64,000 nucleotides of DNA from Squalus acanthias (Eukaryota). The first letter of the stretch is position 1, and the number at the start of each line of letters is the position of its first letter. The stretch is taken from NCBI GenBank assembly GCA_030390025.1, contig CM059432.1:111726001-111790000 (forward strand). The letters are read 5' to 3'. Shown in pieces: positions 1-13,141 of the stretch. The notes below the pieces were generated by a model, which saw only the letters and a program-made list of their open reading frames with translations, was not told where the DNA came from and searched no databases. The position numbers were made by a program, and so were the translations under genes.

Positions 1-339
1 TGCGGTACATTATCGAAGGCCTTTATTATTTTTATATCATTTTTAATAACCCAATTTTAACTGCGGGCAGGTTTTGGGTGGGTGGGTAGTGGGATGAGTT
101 CAAAATTTAGCCGCTGCCCCAGAAGACAGGCCCGGAGTATTTTAACTCTTGGGCTTCATTATAATGTCACCAACGGGATACTCACCCATTTCTCTGACCC
201 ACCAGGAAACCCACAGACTTCCGAAACACTAGTTCTGGCACTAAGTCAGCCAGAGGCCCTTTTAAAGCAGGAATGCACTTCTTAAAGTGAGGTTGCATTA
301 TCTTCTGCAAGATTTCCCTTTAGAATTGTGGACGAAGAT

Positions 340-560
340 ACATGAGTTGGAGGCAAGTGCCCAGATTCTCTGAAGCCTCCTTGGCGGTTCTGCTGGAAGA
401 GATCAGGGATGGAGGGAAGGTATCTTTCTAGCCAGTGGGAGGAGGATCCCGAAACACTAAGTCCACCAAGCATGGAGAGACATTGCAGAGTAGTCAGCTC
501 CAGGAGCATTGCCCATGCAGTGCAGGAAGTGCTTCAATTACCTCATTAGAGTTGCAAGGG
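340..560 (+). pseudogene. Degenerate Harbinger Myb/SANT-like DNA-binding gene, exon 1 remnant
   Basis: Translates, with frameshifts, to PRFSEASLAVLLEE ... QAWRDIAE ... QCRKCFNYLIR, matching the intact-looking exon at 5414 (PRFNEDSL ... QCRKQFNDL). Confidence 0.65.
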
Positions 561-1410
561 CGTGTACAGCTCTTCATTTCTACATCTCACCCAACACATG
601 GCAACTGTTCTTTCCCCTTCCTCCACCACTATCAAGGATTCCCTCCCCTCCATCACATCCTTCACCACCCAGCACAAGGGCATATTATTCTACCTCTCAT
701 TCTCATTACAAACACACAAAATCCTTCACCTTGCTCCTTTTACAGCAGCCACTAGCACCATTCTCTTCTCACTTGGTACAATTTGCAGAATCACCATCTA
801 TTCTCAGGGCTTCTTCCTCATGCTTTCCATTCAATGCCTGCTCATCCTCTCATTTCATCTCGACTCTTCTCACTCTCAGCATCTGCACAACAAACAGAAG
901 CCCCACACATCGGCACTCACTAACTCTTGCCCTCCCTTTCTGCAGGAGGAACCAGCACATAATACAAGGTAGAGGAGTAAAACCCAGGGAAGTCCATCCA
1001 ACATAGTGAAACTCTCTGAACTGGAGGAGCAAGTGATGGAAATCAATGGCTCCTCCAGAGCTGTCAGAGTAAGAGGTTTCAAGGCTGGGGCTTCTATGAA
1101 CAGGGTCTCTGACTATTACTTGCACCCCTTCATGATCCTCTGAAAGACACACAATTATGCAGCTTCACAACATCAAGCAGCATTGTGAAGCCTACCATCT
1201 AATACTGTACAGCATCTCAGTGCCAAGCTAACTCTTCTCCCTTTTCTCTTCCCTCTGGGTCATTCTCAGGAGCCTCAGCCCACAAAAGAAGACATTTCAG
1301 AGGAGGAGAATCCTTCTGAGGAGACACTGTCATGCATTCTATCTCTCTCAAGCACCAGCGCAGAGATTGGCACCTGGCTGTCTTAGAGAGTAAGTTACAG
1401 GGGTCTGCAC

Positions 1411-4400
1411 ATAAGAACATAGGACATAGGAACATAGGACATAGGAACATAGGGACATAGGAACAGGAGGAGGCCATTGAGCCCCTCGAGCCTGTGACAC
1501 CATTCAATGAGATCATAGATGATCTGCGATCTAACTCCATATACCCGCCTTTGGCCCATATCCCTTAATATCTTTGGTTAACAAAAAGCTATCAATCTCA
1601 AATTTAAAATTAACAATTGATCTAGCATCAAGTGCCTTTTGCAGAAGAGAGTTCCAAACTTCATCCTTTGTGTGTAGAAGTGTAGAAGTGTTTCCTAATT
1701 TCATTCCTGAAAGGTCTGGCTCTAATTTTTAGTCTATGCCCCCTAGTCCTAGAATCCCCAACCAGCGAAAATAGATCACCCCTTAACCTTCTAAATTCTA
1801 GGGAATACAACCCTAATTTGTGTAATCTCTCCTCATAACTTAACCCTTGAAGTCCGGGTATCATTCTGGTAAACCTACACTGCACTCCCTCCAAGGCCAA
1901 TATATCCTTCCCAAGGTGTGGTGCCCAGAACTGCTCACAGTACTCCAGGTGTGGTCTGACCAGGGTTTTGTATAGCTGCAGCATAACTTCTACCCCCTTG
2001 TATTCTAGTCCTCTAAATATAAAGGCCAGCATTCCATTAGTCTTTTTGATTATTTTCTGTACCTGTTCATGACATTTTAATGATCTATGTACCTGGACCC
2101 CCAAGTCTCTTTGGACATCAACTTTCTTTAGCTTTTTACCATTTAGGAAGTACCCTGTTCTATCCTTTTTAGGTCCAAAGTGGATGACCTCACATTTGCT
2201 TACATTAAAATCCATTTGCCCCAGTTTTGCCCATTCACTTAATCTATCAATATCCCTTTGTAATTTTATGCTTTCATCTACACTGCCTACAATGCCGCCT
2301 ATCTTTGTGTCATCAGCAAATTTAGATATATGACTTTCTATGCCATCATCTAAGTCATTAAAAATATTGTGAATAGTTGAGGCCTCAACACAGATCCCTG
2401 CGGGACACCACTAGTCACATCCTGCCCATTAGAGTACCTACTCATTATCCTTACTGCCTATCTCCTGCCGCTCAGCTAATTTCCTAACCAGGTCAATAAC
2501 TTGCCCTCAATTCCATGGGCTTCTACCTTAGATAACAGTCTCTTATGTGGAACTTCATAAAATGCCTTCTGGAAGTCCATATAAATAACATCCATAGACA
2601 TTCCCCAGTCCACTACTTTAGTCACCTCCTCAAAAAATGCAATCAGGTTTGTCAGGCATGACCTACCTTTCACAAATCCACGCTGGCTCTCTCTGATCAA
2701 CTGAAAGTTTTCGAGATGTTCAGTCACCCTATGCTTAATTATAGACTCTAGTAATTTCCCGACAACAGATGTTAGGCTAACTGGTCTATAATTCCCTGGT
2801 TTCCCTCTCTCGCCTTTCTTAAATAGCTGAGTGACAGGCGCAATTTTCCAATCTAAAGGAACGGTTCCTGAATCGAGAGAACTTTGGAAGATTATAGTTA
2901 GGGCATCTGCAATGTGCTCACCTACTTCCTTTAAAACCCTGGGATGGAAACCATCTGGTCCTGGGGGTTTGTCACTCTTTAGTGCCATTATTTTCTTCAT
3001 TACTGTTAATTTACTTACATTAATTTTATTGAGTCCCTGTCCCTGATTCAATATTAGATTCCTTGGGATTTCCGGCATGCTATCCTCTTCCTCTACTGTA
3101 AATATTGACGCAAAGTAATTATTCAGCATGTTCGCCATTTCCCCATTGTCATCAATAATATTACCACTTTCAGTTTTTAAGGGACCAACATTGCTCCTGA
3201 CCACCCTCTTTTTCCTAATGAAACTGTAAAAATTCTTCATATTGATTTTGATATCCCTTGCAAGTTTCTTTTCAAACTCCCTTTTTGTAGCTCTTACTAT
3301 CTGTTTTGTGGCCCTTTGCTGTTCTTTGTATCTTTCCCATTCGCCAGGATCTGAGCTATTTTTTGCATTTTTGTATGCCCTTTCCTTTAGTTTTATACTG
3401 TCCCTTACCTCTTTAGTTGTCCGTGGCTGTTTTTCTTGTCAAGTAGAGCTCTTGCCCCTCAAGGATACAAACTGGTTCTGTATCACCGTAAATTCTTTTT
3501 TAAACATCTTCCACTGATCTCCTGTTGTTTTAGCCATTGACAGATTTGCCCAGTTTACTGTGGACAGTCTCTGTCTCATCCCGTTGAAGTCGGCCTTACC
3601 TAAAGCTGTTTTGCGTTTCTCCCTTTCAAACACTACACTGAACTCGATCATGTTATGATCGCTATTGGATAAATGATCATGCACAGTAAGGGGTAGAAAT
3701 TAGGTCGCGCCCCATTTGGGGCGCAAATATCATCTGGATGCAAATATTAGCGCCTGGCGCTAATTATCGGCACTGACTGGAAACTTCACTTTTACCGCCC
3801 CGGGAGGTGAGTGGAGCGCTAAAGCAGGTGCTGCACACCTGTCTTAAGGCGCAAAGGCCAAGGAGTGAGGCGCTAACTCAGAGCGCTGGCGAAGCTCATG
3901 TAATGTCAGTCAGCAATGGAACACACACACAATGGCACGGGCCAGTTCTTAAAGGGGATGGTTAATCTTGCTTTTCATCCACATCCTGTTCATTGCAGCC
4001 TTGAATCTCGGCCTGGAGAGACTTGCACATCAAATGTGCTGGAAAGAACAATGGAGAGTACCAGGCAAAGAGCTCAGAGTGCAGCTCCCACAGTCTCTGC
4101 TAAATCGATACAAGGAATGGCAAATCAAAATGAACCTGCAAAGTGCTGCTCAGTACCCAAAACTCCTTCACACAACGTTGAATCTCTCCAGAAGTCTCTC
4201 CCTCTCTCTCTCAGAATGCGTAGTTCAAAAATGCCACCAACAATAAAAGGCAGGAAGAGGCCCCCTTTAAATAGCGCCCCCCCAGCCCCACAGCGATTGA
4301 TAGCGTTCCAGTCTTCTGGTCGTTGCTAGCGTCAGGCGGTAAGGCAGGGGGCGCCACTCAATTTCCGCTCCGGGGCGCCACAAGGGCGTTGCACCATGGA

Positions 4401-5020
4401 ATGACGTCACAATCTGCGCGCGCAGGTGGTCGCAGCGGTAAGTTTTAGCGCCGCCGCACAATCTCAAGTTAAGTTCTCGAGCGGCGCAAACATCGCTGCA
4501 CCCGGGCGTTAGCGGCTTTGCGCCCCATTAGCGCCCTCTTAAGGCGCTAACGGGAGGCGCAACCAACTGAATTTTTACCCCTTAGACTGTTAACTAAATC
4601 TGGCTCATTACTCATTACTAAATCTAATATGGCTTGCCCCCTTGTTGCTTCTAGAGCATATTGTTGTAGAAAACTATCCCGGACACACTCAAGAAATTCA
4701 CTACCTTTCTGACAGGTGCTCGTCTGCTTATCCCAATCTATATGAAAGTTAAAATCCCCCATTAAAACCACTCTGCCTTTACTACACGCTTGTCTAATCT
4801 CTGCATTTATATAATCTAGCACTTCAGAGCTGCTACCAGGGGGCCTATACACAACGTCCACTACAGTCTTAGATTCTTTCCTATTTCTTAATTCAACCCA
4901 TAAGGTCTCCACTGGCTGCTTACCTCTCTTTAAATTCTTGCTTATCATTGAAGTGATTTCATCCTTGATCACTAAGGCTACTCCTCCCCCTCTGCCATTT
5001 TCCCTATCTGTCCTGTCCTC
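1411..5020 (-). mobile_element. CR1-clade LINE, 5'-truncated, with frameshifts and internal deletions, interrupted by a MITE
   Basis: APE endonuclease motifs (GGGVAL, VVYRPP, MGDFNF, LDLV, SDHN); RT motifs (PGPDG, NYRPVSLTS, YMDFQKAF); C-terminal YKTLVRPHLEYC; (ACATAGGA)n = reverse-complement 3' microsatellite tail at 1411-1465; candidate TSD CACAT (1408-1412 / 5021-5025). Confidence 0.95.
3690..4581 (+). mobile_element. Non-autonomous Harbinger-type MITE, copy 1 (892 bp)
   Basis: TIRs GGGGTAGAAATT ... AATTTTTACCCC; flanks TAA/TTA; removing it restores the CR1 frame DLVNSL-T-VHDHLSNSDHN; homologous to 21396-22289. Confidence 0.92.
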
Positions 5021-5413
5021 CACATGGTGAAGCACTCAGCACTAGTGAACAGCAGCAGGTACTGCTGGCAGGGACAGCCCAGGACAGGGCTTACCAGAGG
5101 GTGAGGTCCTCTCCTAGCTCTGCTAAGGAGGACAGAGATATAGGCCGCAAATTTAATGGAGGAGGCGGGTTGGAATCGGGTTGCCTGGTGGGCGGGTTCC
5201 GGGCCCGCTGTCCGTTTCAGCCACTCCCGAATGGAAATTTTAATTTAATTGGCCTCTTAAGTGCCGTGGTGCGCGCTGGCTGGTCCAATGATTGGGATCG
5301 GGTCCGTTAGTTGCCTCTGATGATGTCATTGTTGCAGATGTTTTTAAGGGTCCCATGCAGCCTCAGTCTTTCATTTCTCGTTTCTGCTGGTCTCTGAATG
5401 TGCCAAGGCCACA

Positions 5414-6851
5414 ATGAGTAATGCAAAACCGAAGGCTGCTCCACGTTTCAATGAGGACTCCCTCCAACCTCTTGTTGAGGCATTAAGAGGGCGCAGGGAG
5501 ATTCTGTTCCCTCCCGATGGCCAGAGGAAGCCTCCTCAGCAAACAAAGGCAGCCTGGCTGCACGTTGCTGAGGAGGTAAGCGCAAGGTCCATTTGTTCAC
5601 ACACCTGGATCCAGTGCCGGAAACAGTTTAATGATCTCCTGCGATCAGCAAAAGTGAGTATCACATCACACTTACCTTCAATCTGCTTCCCTTCTCTTCT
5701 CTTTGTTAGCCTGCTCCTCCACATCCCACCTTACCCTTACTTCCCTTGCACCCTTACCTATCCCTCTCTCTCTCTGTACTGAATCACTTCACCATCCTAC
5801 TATGCAGCCCTCACACTCACTCTCACTGTTATGCAATGACAACAACTAACAACGCTTAGGGAGCCAGCTTCCTCTTTCCACCTCACTCCATCTTGGTCTC
5901 CCTCTAAGCGTCTATGTTATGGATTCTTCACAGTCACTCCATCACTCTCACTGAAACTCCACTTGTGTCCCTCCTTGCAGGAAAAGAGCCCATAATAAGT
6001 GGGAGAGAGCAAAGACAGGAGGAGGGGCTCCATCCTTGGCGACATTGACAAGTGCTGAGGAGGCTGTGCACGAGATCGTTGGAGGTGGTGAGGAGCTGGA
6101 AGTGGGGGACGGAGAGACGGGTGCACTAGACGAAGCTGGTGATAGAATAGAGTTTCATCCCTCTCATTTAGATTTCATGATTGACTGCAATAGCATATGA
6201 TGTTTATAGAGATTCACTTTGTATCATCTGCAGAAAAGGATGTGTCTACTACCTAAAAATCTGATGTCTAACTCATGCCTTTACTCTCCTACAGGACCAT
6301 CGAGAGCCCCCCTCCCCACTGTCCAGGAGGAAGAGCCGGATGACTCCTCAGAGGAACCTGCAGCCTCTGAGGGAGCAGCGTCACCAGGACTCAGCGCCGC
6401 CAGCACCAGCGCAGAAACGCACACCTCGGTGGGTCCTTCACGACATAGAGTAGTGTTATCACCTGGTGTATCACAGCTCACAAGTGAACATCAGCAGATG
6501 GTGGAGACAGCGACAGCAGTGGAGAGTCCTCGTCGGAGGTCGCAGAACCCTCCTAGTTCTGCTCAGCTGTATGTAGACGCTGTGCCTCTGGGGCCATCCA
6601 GAAAGAGAGCGGTGCTGGAACTCCAGGTACAAGTGCAGGAGTCTCTGACAGGGTTTTCCTCCAGGGTAATAGTGAGTATGGAGAGAATGGAGGAGTCCAT
6701 CTCCAACATGAGCACTGCCTTTGCAGAGGCAATGGTGCATGAATGTGCCGCCATGGAGAGGGTGGCAACCACCATGGAGGACATAAGTTACCAGACACAT
6801 GAAAACATGGTGATTCTTCTCAATAGATGGTCTGCTATGGAGGATAGATGA
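5414..6851 (+). pseudogene. Harbinger A Myb/SANT-like gene; exons ~5414-5653, 5981-6138, 6295-6851, frameshift in exon 2
   Basis: MSNAKPKAAPRFNEDSLQPLVE ... W ... WIQCRKQFNDL; donor GTGAGT at 5654; acceptors TTGCAG (5980) and CTACAG (6294); acidic/Ser-rich then coiled-coil-like exon 3. Confidence 0.85.
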
Positions 6852-7121
6852 GCATCTATTGAGGAGAGATACCAGAGGTACATGGACGTCCCCAGTATGA
6901 GGATTGTCAGTACAGAGACGGGTCATCATGGCCCCATTGATGTGCAGCAAGGTGCTCTCCAGCCACTTGCTAGCACTGACGTGTAGGTGACCCATGAGAA
7001 GGATGTTGGTGGCAGACAACAAGGAAGTGTGGGCTCCTCTCCAAGCGCTCACATGACCATGCCACTGTGGAGGCCTCAGTCAGAGCCCCAGAGTCCTCAC
7101 CCAACTGAGATGGCCATCTCA

Positions 7122-7708
7122 GCCCCTGCACCCTTGGAAAGCCTGCCAGATTTGCAAAGCCAACCACTTGCTTCATCCATGGAGAAGTGGATGTAATTGT
7201 GCGCCTTTGCAAAGAGGGCATCGGTTACCTGCATGATGCAGGCATGTGCGGCCGACTGGGAGATGCCGCTGATGTCTGCAGATGATCCCTGGAAGGAGCC
7301 CGAAGCAAAGAAGTTGAGTGCGGTGGTGACTTTGACAGCCACTGGTAAGGAGTGTCCACACGCTCCTCTGGGCTCCAGGTGCTGGTGCAGCATTGCGCAG
7401 ATGTCAGCGACTACCTCTCAAGAAAGTCTCAGCCTCCTTTGGCACTGCTGCTCATTTATGATGCGGAAGCTCATCCTCAGCCTGTAAACCCTGTATTGGG
7501 GGTATCTCCTGCAGCGCGGTGCAGCCCTGCGCTGATGGCTTCTGCCCTGTGCAGCATCAGGTGGCTGAGGAGAAGGTTGACGCTCCTGCTGTTGGTGCTG
7601 CTGCTGTGCCTGGTTGCAGTGCTGCCGCGGCTGCTCTTCCTCCGAATCTGACGACCAGGATGAGAGGATAGAAATGGTTCCCATACTGCTGGTATATATC
7701 TCAGTCAA
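7122..7708 (-). pseudogene. Harbinger A transposase, N-terminal half only
   Basis: RRYPQYRVYR..., [40 protein letters not shown], then an abrupt end before the AIDCTH catalytic motif. Confidence 0.88.
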
Positions 7709-9505
7709 GGAATGGAGGTTGTGTGCACTCAGACAAAGTGGCCAGAGGGTATTCCAAGGAGGTCACACAGTAGATGGATTTCAGCCTCAACACTCACAAG
7801 ATTAGTTGAGCTGCAAAATGCCTCCCAAACCTCAAAGCACTAAGTTGTGGCATGTAAAAGAATGAGAGATTGCAGGACCACTTTTAAGCTGTTCGAGCAG
7901 CTGGCAACAATTTAGGTCCTCGCTTAACCTGGCTCAATTCACCTGGTGTGTTTTTATGAAGGCGGGCAGCATGGTGAAAAACCTCCAAAATCAGATCAGG
8001 CCTTTAAAATAGGATTATCCTGTCAGTTAACAAGCTGTTAACTGCCTTAACTGCCTCTCCCGCCGTTTGATGTCAGGTCAGTTCGGGAGTGGCTGATCCG
8101 ACACTTGCCAAAGTTGGGTGGAGGTGGGATGGAGACGGGTTCGCAGCCAGCACCCAGTATTTCCGATTTTTGCAACAGACCCGCCTCCAAACCCGCCCCC
8201 TGAGCACTATTAAATTCGCGGCCATAAACTTCAGGGGCCAAGCATTGGGAAGAAAAGTGCTTGCTTCACACAAGCAGTTATATCAAGTATTGAAAGGCCA
8301 GCCAATCAGTTTCACCACCGTGGCTGAAAATATGGAGAAGTCGGCTTCCACCTTGTGTGGTGTCATCTCCCAGGGCATCAGCACTCTTCCTTGGAGAGTG
8401 TGGTCATCTCTAAGGACGCAGCTGGCCCCTCGCAACAGGAGTCAATGTACACTGCTGCAGCTTTCCGGAAGATTAAACAGCTGCCATGCCAAATCAGGCT
8501 CAAACCTGTGCGCCGTCTTGGAAAGGCAAAAGTACACCTTTCGACAGATTGGTGGAGCAAGTGGATAGAGGAAAAAGGCATCACTCATCTTTTGCAGTCT
8601 GGTCTCCTGCAGATGAGTGGAATTAACGAGCCCAAGCCCCATGGGAGTGGTAGTGGAGCAATGGGAGTGGCAGATGTTGACCTCTCTCAGACTGTCAGCA
8701 CGTCTGCTTCCTCACCACCCCCTCAACCAATACCCAGTATGGTGCCAGAAATCCAACGGGACCAGACTGCTTCAGCAGAAGCCAAAGTGCAGCATTTTAC
8801 CAAGGCTTGAGCACCCAAAATTCGTCAGCCACAACCATTTCAAGAGTCCCAAATGAGCAACAGCAGCCTTCCACCAGCTCTGCTGAAGCCACTGAGGGAG
8901 CACCTCATAGGAGTAGTAGAGTTAGTAAACCTCCTTTTAAAGAAAGCACTATGTCACTTAGCTGATATAAGAATTCACTACAATATTGTGGTTGGGATTA
9001 AACTCAATGGGGGAGAAATTCGGTACCTTAGCGCCTCCAGTTAGCGCCTGGCGGGGGAGCTAATGGGGCGCTGAGGCAGTAGTGTTGCAATGAGGCGAAT
9101 CCAGCAAAGCACGTCATATCCAGTGCCCCCCCCCCCCATAGCGCCACCGCTATGAGTTAGCGCCGGGGACTTCAGCGCCAAGCAGATCGTGATGTCAGTG
9201 ACGTCAGTGAGTGTGCAACGCTCACTGGGCACCCGATCTGCAAAATTGATTGTTGCCCCCTGCCTTAGCACCTTGCCCTAACAGCGACAGGGAGAGGAGG
9301 CATCAAGCAGTTGGTAGCCGGCTCCAGGGGCGCTACTTAAAGGGATCATGAGTAATGAGTCGCAGCTGTCAGGTTAGTGCTGTTTCACTGCTTCAGTTTA
9401 AATCAGTAATTTAAAGGTTGTTTAGCCTCCGGAGTGTTATGGCTACTAAAAATTAGTTACATTTATTCTCACAACATATCAAAGTGCTGCACTTGGTTAC
9501 ATTAA

Positions 9506-10704
9506 TGGGGGCTGTACTGGCAGTCGACCTCACACTCCAGGATCTACTGCGGAGGGAGCGGAGGCAGTGAGAAAGATTGGAACATGTGGCCAGAGGAAGG
9601 AGAAGGGCCATGAGGGCTCTCAACAGGAGGCCTTACCCTCCGAGGATATTCCGAGAGCACTTCTCCTACCTTCAATTAAGCAAGGAGCAGTGTATTAGAA
9701 GGCTCCACTTCACCAAAGAGGTGGTCACAGAACTCTGCCACTTCCTGCAATCAGACCTCCAACTTCAGATCAGGACAACCATGGCTCTCTCAGTGGCAGT
9801 CAAGGTCACCGTGGCCCTCAATTTCTTCGCCAGCGGATCCTTCCAGTCTGCAACAGGAGATATAGCTAACATCTTGCTGTTCGCCATCCATCACTGCATC
9901 CGGGAGGTCACAGAGGCTCGCTACAGTAGGAGAAGGGACTACATTTCTTTCCCCATCACCAGAGCGAAGCAGGATGAGCGGCATGGGCTTTGCCAGGATA
10001 GCGGGATTCCCAATGGTGCAGGGCGCCATTGACTGCACCCACGTGGCTTTGTGGGCACCGCATAACAATCCTGACATTTTTAGTAAACGCAAAGGCTACA
10101 ACTCACTTAATGTGCAGTTGGTGTGCGACTACAGACAGCTAATCCTCAATGTCAATGTCCGCTATCCTGGCAGCAGCCATGATGCCTTCATCCTGCGCCA
10201 GACCGGTGCGCCAGCATTCTTCCAGCTACCACGTCAAGCTCGTGGCTGGCTGCTCGGAGACACCGGCTATCCATTCTCCACCTGGCTCATGACTCCCCTC
10301 CGTAACCCCAACACTCCTGCACAGCACTCATATAATGAGCGCCATGCCGCCACCAGGAACATCATTGAGCAGGCCATTGGAGTGCTCAAGCAACGGTCTG
10401 CTCCCTTGACCGTTCGGGAGGAGCCCTCCAGTACTCGGCTGAGTGGGTGTCCCATTTCATGGTGGTCTGCTGCTTGCTCCACAATTTGGCCATCATGAGG
10501 GCCCAGCCCTTGCCACCATGGATTGTGGGACCACCTCAGCAGGAGGAAGGGGGAGAGGAGGAGGAAGAGTTAGACGAGGAGGAGGAGGAGGAGGAAGAGT
10601 TAGACGAGGAGGAGGAGGAACAGGAGCGAAGGAGGAGGCAGCCATTCAATCGGCCTTCCGGAAGGGCGGTCCATGACTGCCTCATCAGACTGTGGTTCCA
10701 ATAA
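9506..10704 (+). pseudogene. HARBI1-like DDE transposase of Harbinger B (frameshifted)
   Basis: [64 protein letters not shown], acidic tail; split over three frames. Confidence 0.92.
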
Positions 10705-10867
10705 ATTAGATCCCTGTTGCTCACCTCCTCCCCAACATTCCATCTCTGTCGCAGGCCATTTCACAGTGCAAAGCTGAAGTGAGAGACACCACAAAATAAT
10801 CCAAACTGAATTAATACATTTATCAATAATCAATTAACTCATATTCACAACAACAATATTAACTATT

Positions 10868-11466
10868 AACAGTCCATAAGGGTGACCCCGAGCTTCCGGT
10901 CGCCTGTCACTTTAATTCTCCGCTCCACTCCCACTCAGACCTCACCCTCTTACACTGTTCCAATGAAGCTCAAGGAACAGCACCTCATCTTTCGATTAGG
11001 CACTTTACAGCCTTCTGGACTCAACATCGAGTTCAACAATTTCAGACCATTACCTCTGCCCCTATCCTTTTTTTTCCATTTTTTCTCTCTCTCTCATATG
11101 GCAGCTGTTGATGAATCTGCCATTGCCATTTACACTTCATCTAGAGCCATCTTTTGTTTCTTAACTTGTCCCATTACCATCTCCTTTTGCCTTGCACTAT
11201 CATCCCTTTTGTCTCTTAATCTCTCCTGCCTTCCATCCTATCACAGACCTTCCCTTTTGTTCTTTCCTCCCCCCGCCCCCCTTTCCCTGCCCCTGCATTT
11301 GCTTAAAAACCTGTTCCATCTCCAGCTTTTTCCAGTTCTGATGAAGGGTCATCGACCTGAAACATTAACTCTGTTTCTCTCTCCACAGATGCTGCCCGAC
11401 CTGCTGAGTATTTCCAGCATTTTCTGTTTTTATTTCAGATTTCCAGCATCCGCAGTATTTTGCTTT
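10868..11466 (+). mobile_element. Penelope-like element 3' fragment (GIY-YIG C-terminus plus 3' region)
   Basis: KLKEQHLIFRLGTLQPSGLNIEF motif; tail CTGATGAAGGGTCATCGACCTGAAAC ... ATTTCCAGCATCCGCAGTATTTTGCTT; 13-bp TSD AATATTAACTATT (10855-10867 / 11467-11479). Confidence 0.85.
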
Positions 11467-11529
11467 AATATTAACTATTCACCCTTGTGCAATCCCTTAC
11501 TGCCTCTCGTTACCGTGCCTTTGCCTACT

Positions 11530-11845
11530 CACAGAATCACAGAATCCCCACAGTGCAGATAGAGGCCATTGCGGCCCATTGAGCCTGCACCGACACATAT
11601 CCCACCCTATCCCCGTAACCCCACGTATTTAATCCCCCTAATACTAAGGGTCAATTTATCACAGCCAAATCACCTAACCCGCACATCTTTGGACTGTGGG
11701 AGGAAACCGGAGCACCCGGAGGAAACCCACGCAGACACGGGGAGAATGTGCAAACTCCACACAGACAGTCATCCGAGGCCGGATTCGAACCCGGGTCCCT
11801 GACGCTGTGAGGCAACAGTGCTAACCACTATGCCACCGTGTTGCC
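11530..11845 (-). mobile_element. tRNA-derived V-SINE (shark HE1-like) with CR1-type tail
   Basis: Reverse complement shows A/B boxes (TGGCATAGTGG, GGTTCGAATCC), the V-domain GTGTGGAGTTTGCACATTCTCCCCGTGTCTGCGTGGGTTTCCTCCGGGTGCTCCGGTTTCCTCCCACAGTCCAAAGA, and a TGATTCTG-type tail. Confidence 0.9.
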
Positions 11846-11849
11846 AGTG

Positions 11850-13141
11850 CTCCTACAAAGTGGAAGCTGCCAGATCGCCCATCGCACGCGGCATCAGGTC
11901 TGAGTCGCCACAGTCTCTCTGGGAGTCGACCATCCTTTCCAGACTGTGCAATGTTGGAGGTGGACTCCTTCACGCTCCTCACCATTGCCGAGAGGCTCTC
12001 GGGCACCCTTGCCATTGCACCTATCATCTCCTTGTGCATGCCCATCACCCTTCTTCTAAAGCCCTCCCCATCGAGGTCCTCATCTGAGTCCTGTGCAGCA
12101 GAACTCGCCCTCCGGGGAGCTGACTCCCAAGCTACCCTTTCCCCCTGGCTTTGCTGCTGCCCGCTCGACCCCGGTGCATCACCCTGCGCAGAATCCGCGA
12201 CTTTACTAGCCTCTAAAGATCGCGTAGCACCAGTATCTGAGCTGGTGCCTGCGGGTGAGACATGCAGTGACGCAGTGTGTTCATCCTCCTCTTCTCCCGC
12301 CTCGCTCTCTATGGTACCCTCAAGGACAGGCTGCTCAGATGCTTACTCATTATCTGAAAGCATAAAGGCACAAGAATCGGGTTAAGGTGAGGTGAGGGGG
12401 GCAGGAAGGGAGAAATGCATGCTTACAGCGTGATTAGCTGGAAAGTGCGAAAGGCTTGTGGGGTGAGGGGGAAGTGGGATGTGAGAAGAAAGAGTAGGGA
12501 TGAACATACCATTGTTGTCCCCAAGGGGGTCAATGTCGCCGATGGCCACGGCGCCCACGGCGGCCACCACCTGGTGCCCAATAATCTGCTGCACTCTATT
12601 TTCCAGTGCAGACAGTGGTTGGGTGTCGGCTTGTCCCCCGCCTGTGCGCTCCTGCTCCCTCCTGTTGGCTTGCAAGAGAAAGGAAAGTGTGTGAGTGAGT
12701 GTGGAGCAATGTGTTTTGGTGATGTTCCTGCCATAGTTGAATAGCTGTCATTGTGTGCACAGTGTGAGATGTGGGTGTGAGTGTTGGTCGGTAGAGATTG
12801 TTGGTGGGTGAGTGCTGGGGGTGTGGTGCTTTGGCCAGTGTGTGCAGACTGTGGTTCAGACGGTGGTACATACATTTGTTGAGGCATTGACTCACCCCGA
12901 CCACCCGAGTGAGGTCATTAAATTTCTTCCTGCACTGTGTGTGGGTCCTGGGGACCACAGTGCTGCCCAAGACATACTGGGCAACCTCCCTCCACATGGG
13001 GCGGAAGACTTGTGGCGAGGGCCTTCTGCCACTAGCCGGGTAGAGCACCACCCTCCGTCTCTCCACAGCGGACACCAACTCCACCAATGCTTTGTCCGAA
13101 AGTCTGCGGGATCTCTCCCCGGGGCGTGGATCTGCCATCAT
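11850..13141 (-). pseudogene. Harbinger B Myb/SANT-like gene; exons ~13141-12896, ~12669-12510, 12353-~11850
   Basis: RSRRLSDKALVELV ... WREVA ... QCRKKFNDL followed by a GTGAG donor; exon 2 NRREQERTGGG; exon 3 acidic/coiled-coil-like. Confidence 0.85.

Larger units (their letters stand above)
5143..8223. mobile_element. Harbinger transposon A, internally deleted
   Basis: TIRs GGCCGCAAATTTAAT ... ATTAAATTCGCGGCC; perfect 3-bp TSD ATA; Myb-like gene (+) converging on a partial transposase (-). Confidence 0.93.

Noticed and set aside
9506..10704. Domesticated HARBI1 host gene
   Set aside because: Frameshifted and enclosed in TIRs with a partner Myb gene, so it is a transposon copy
10882..11562. 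226-aa hydrophobic ORF
   Set aside because: Chance frame through a pyrimidine-rich Penelope-like 3' region bounded by a TSD
11770..11845. tRNA genes here and at ~19700 and ~35070
   Set aside because: A/B boxes are SINE heads continuous with SINE bodies
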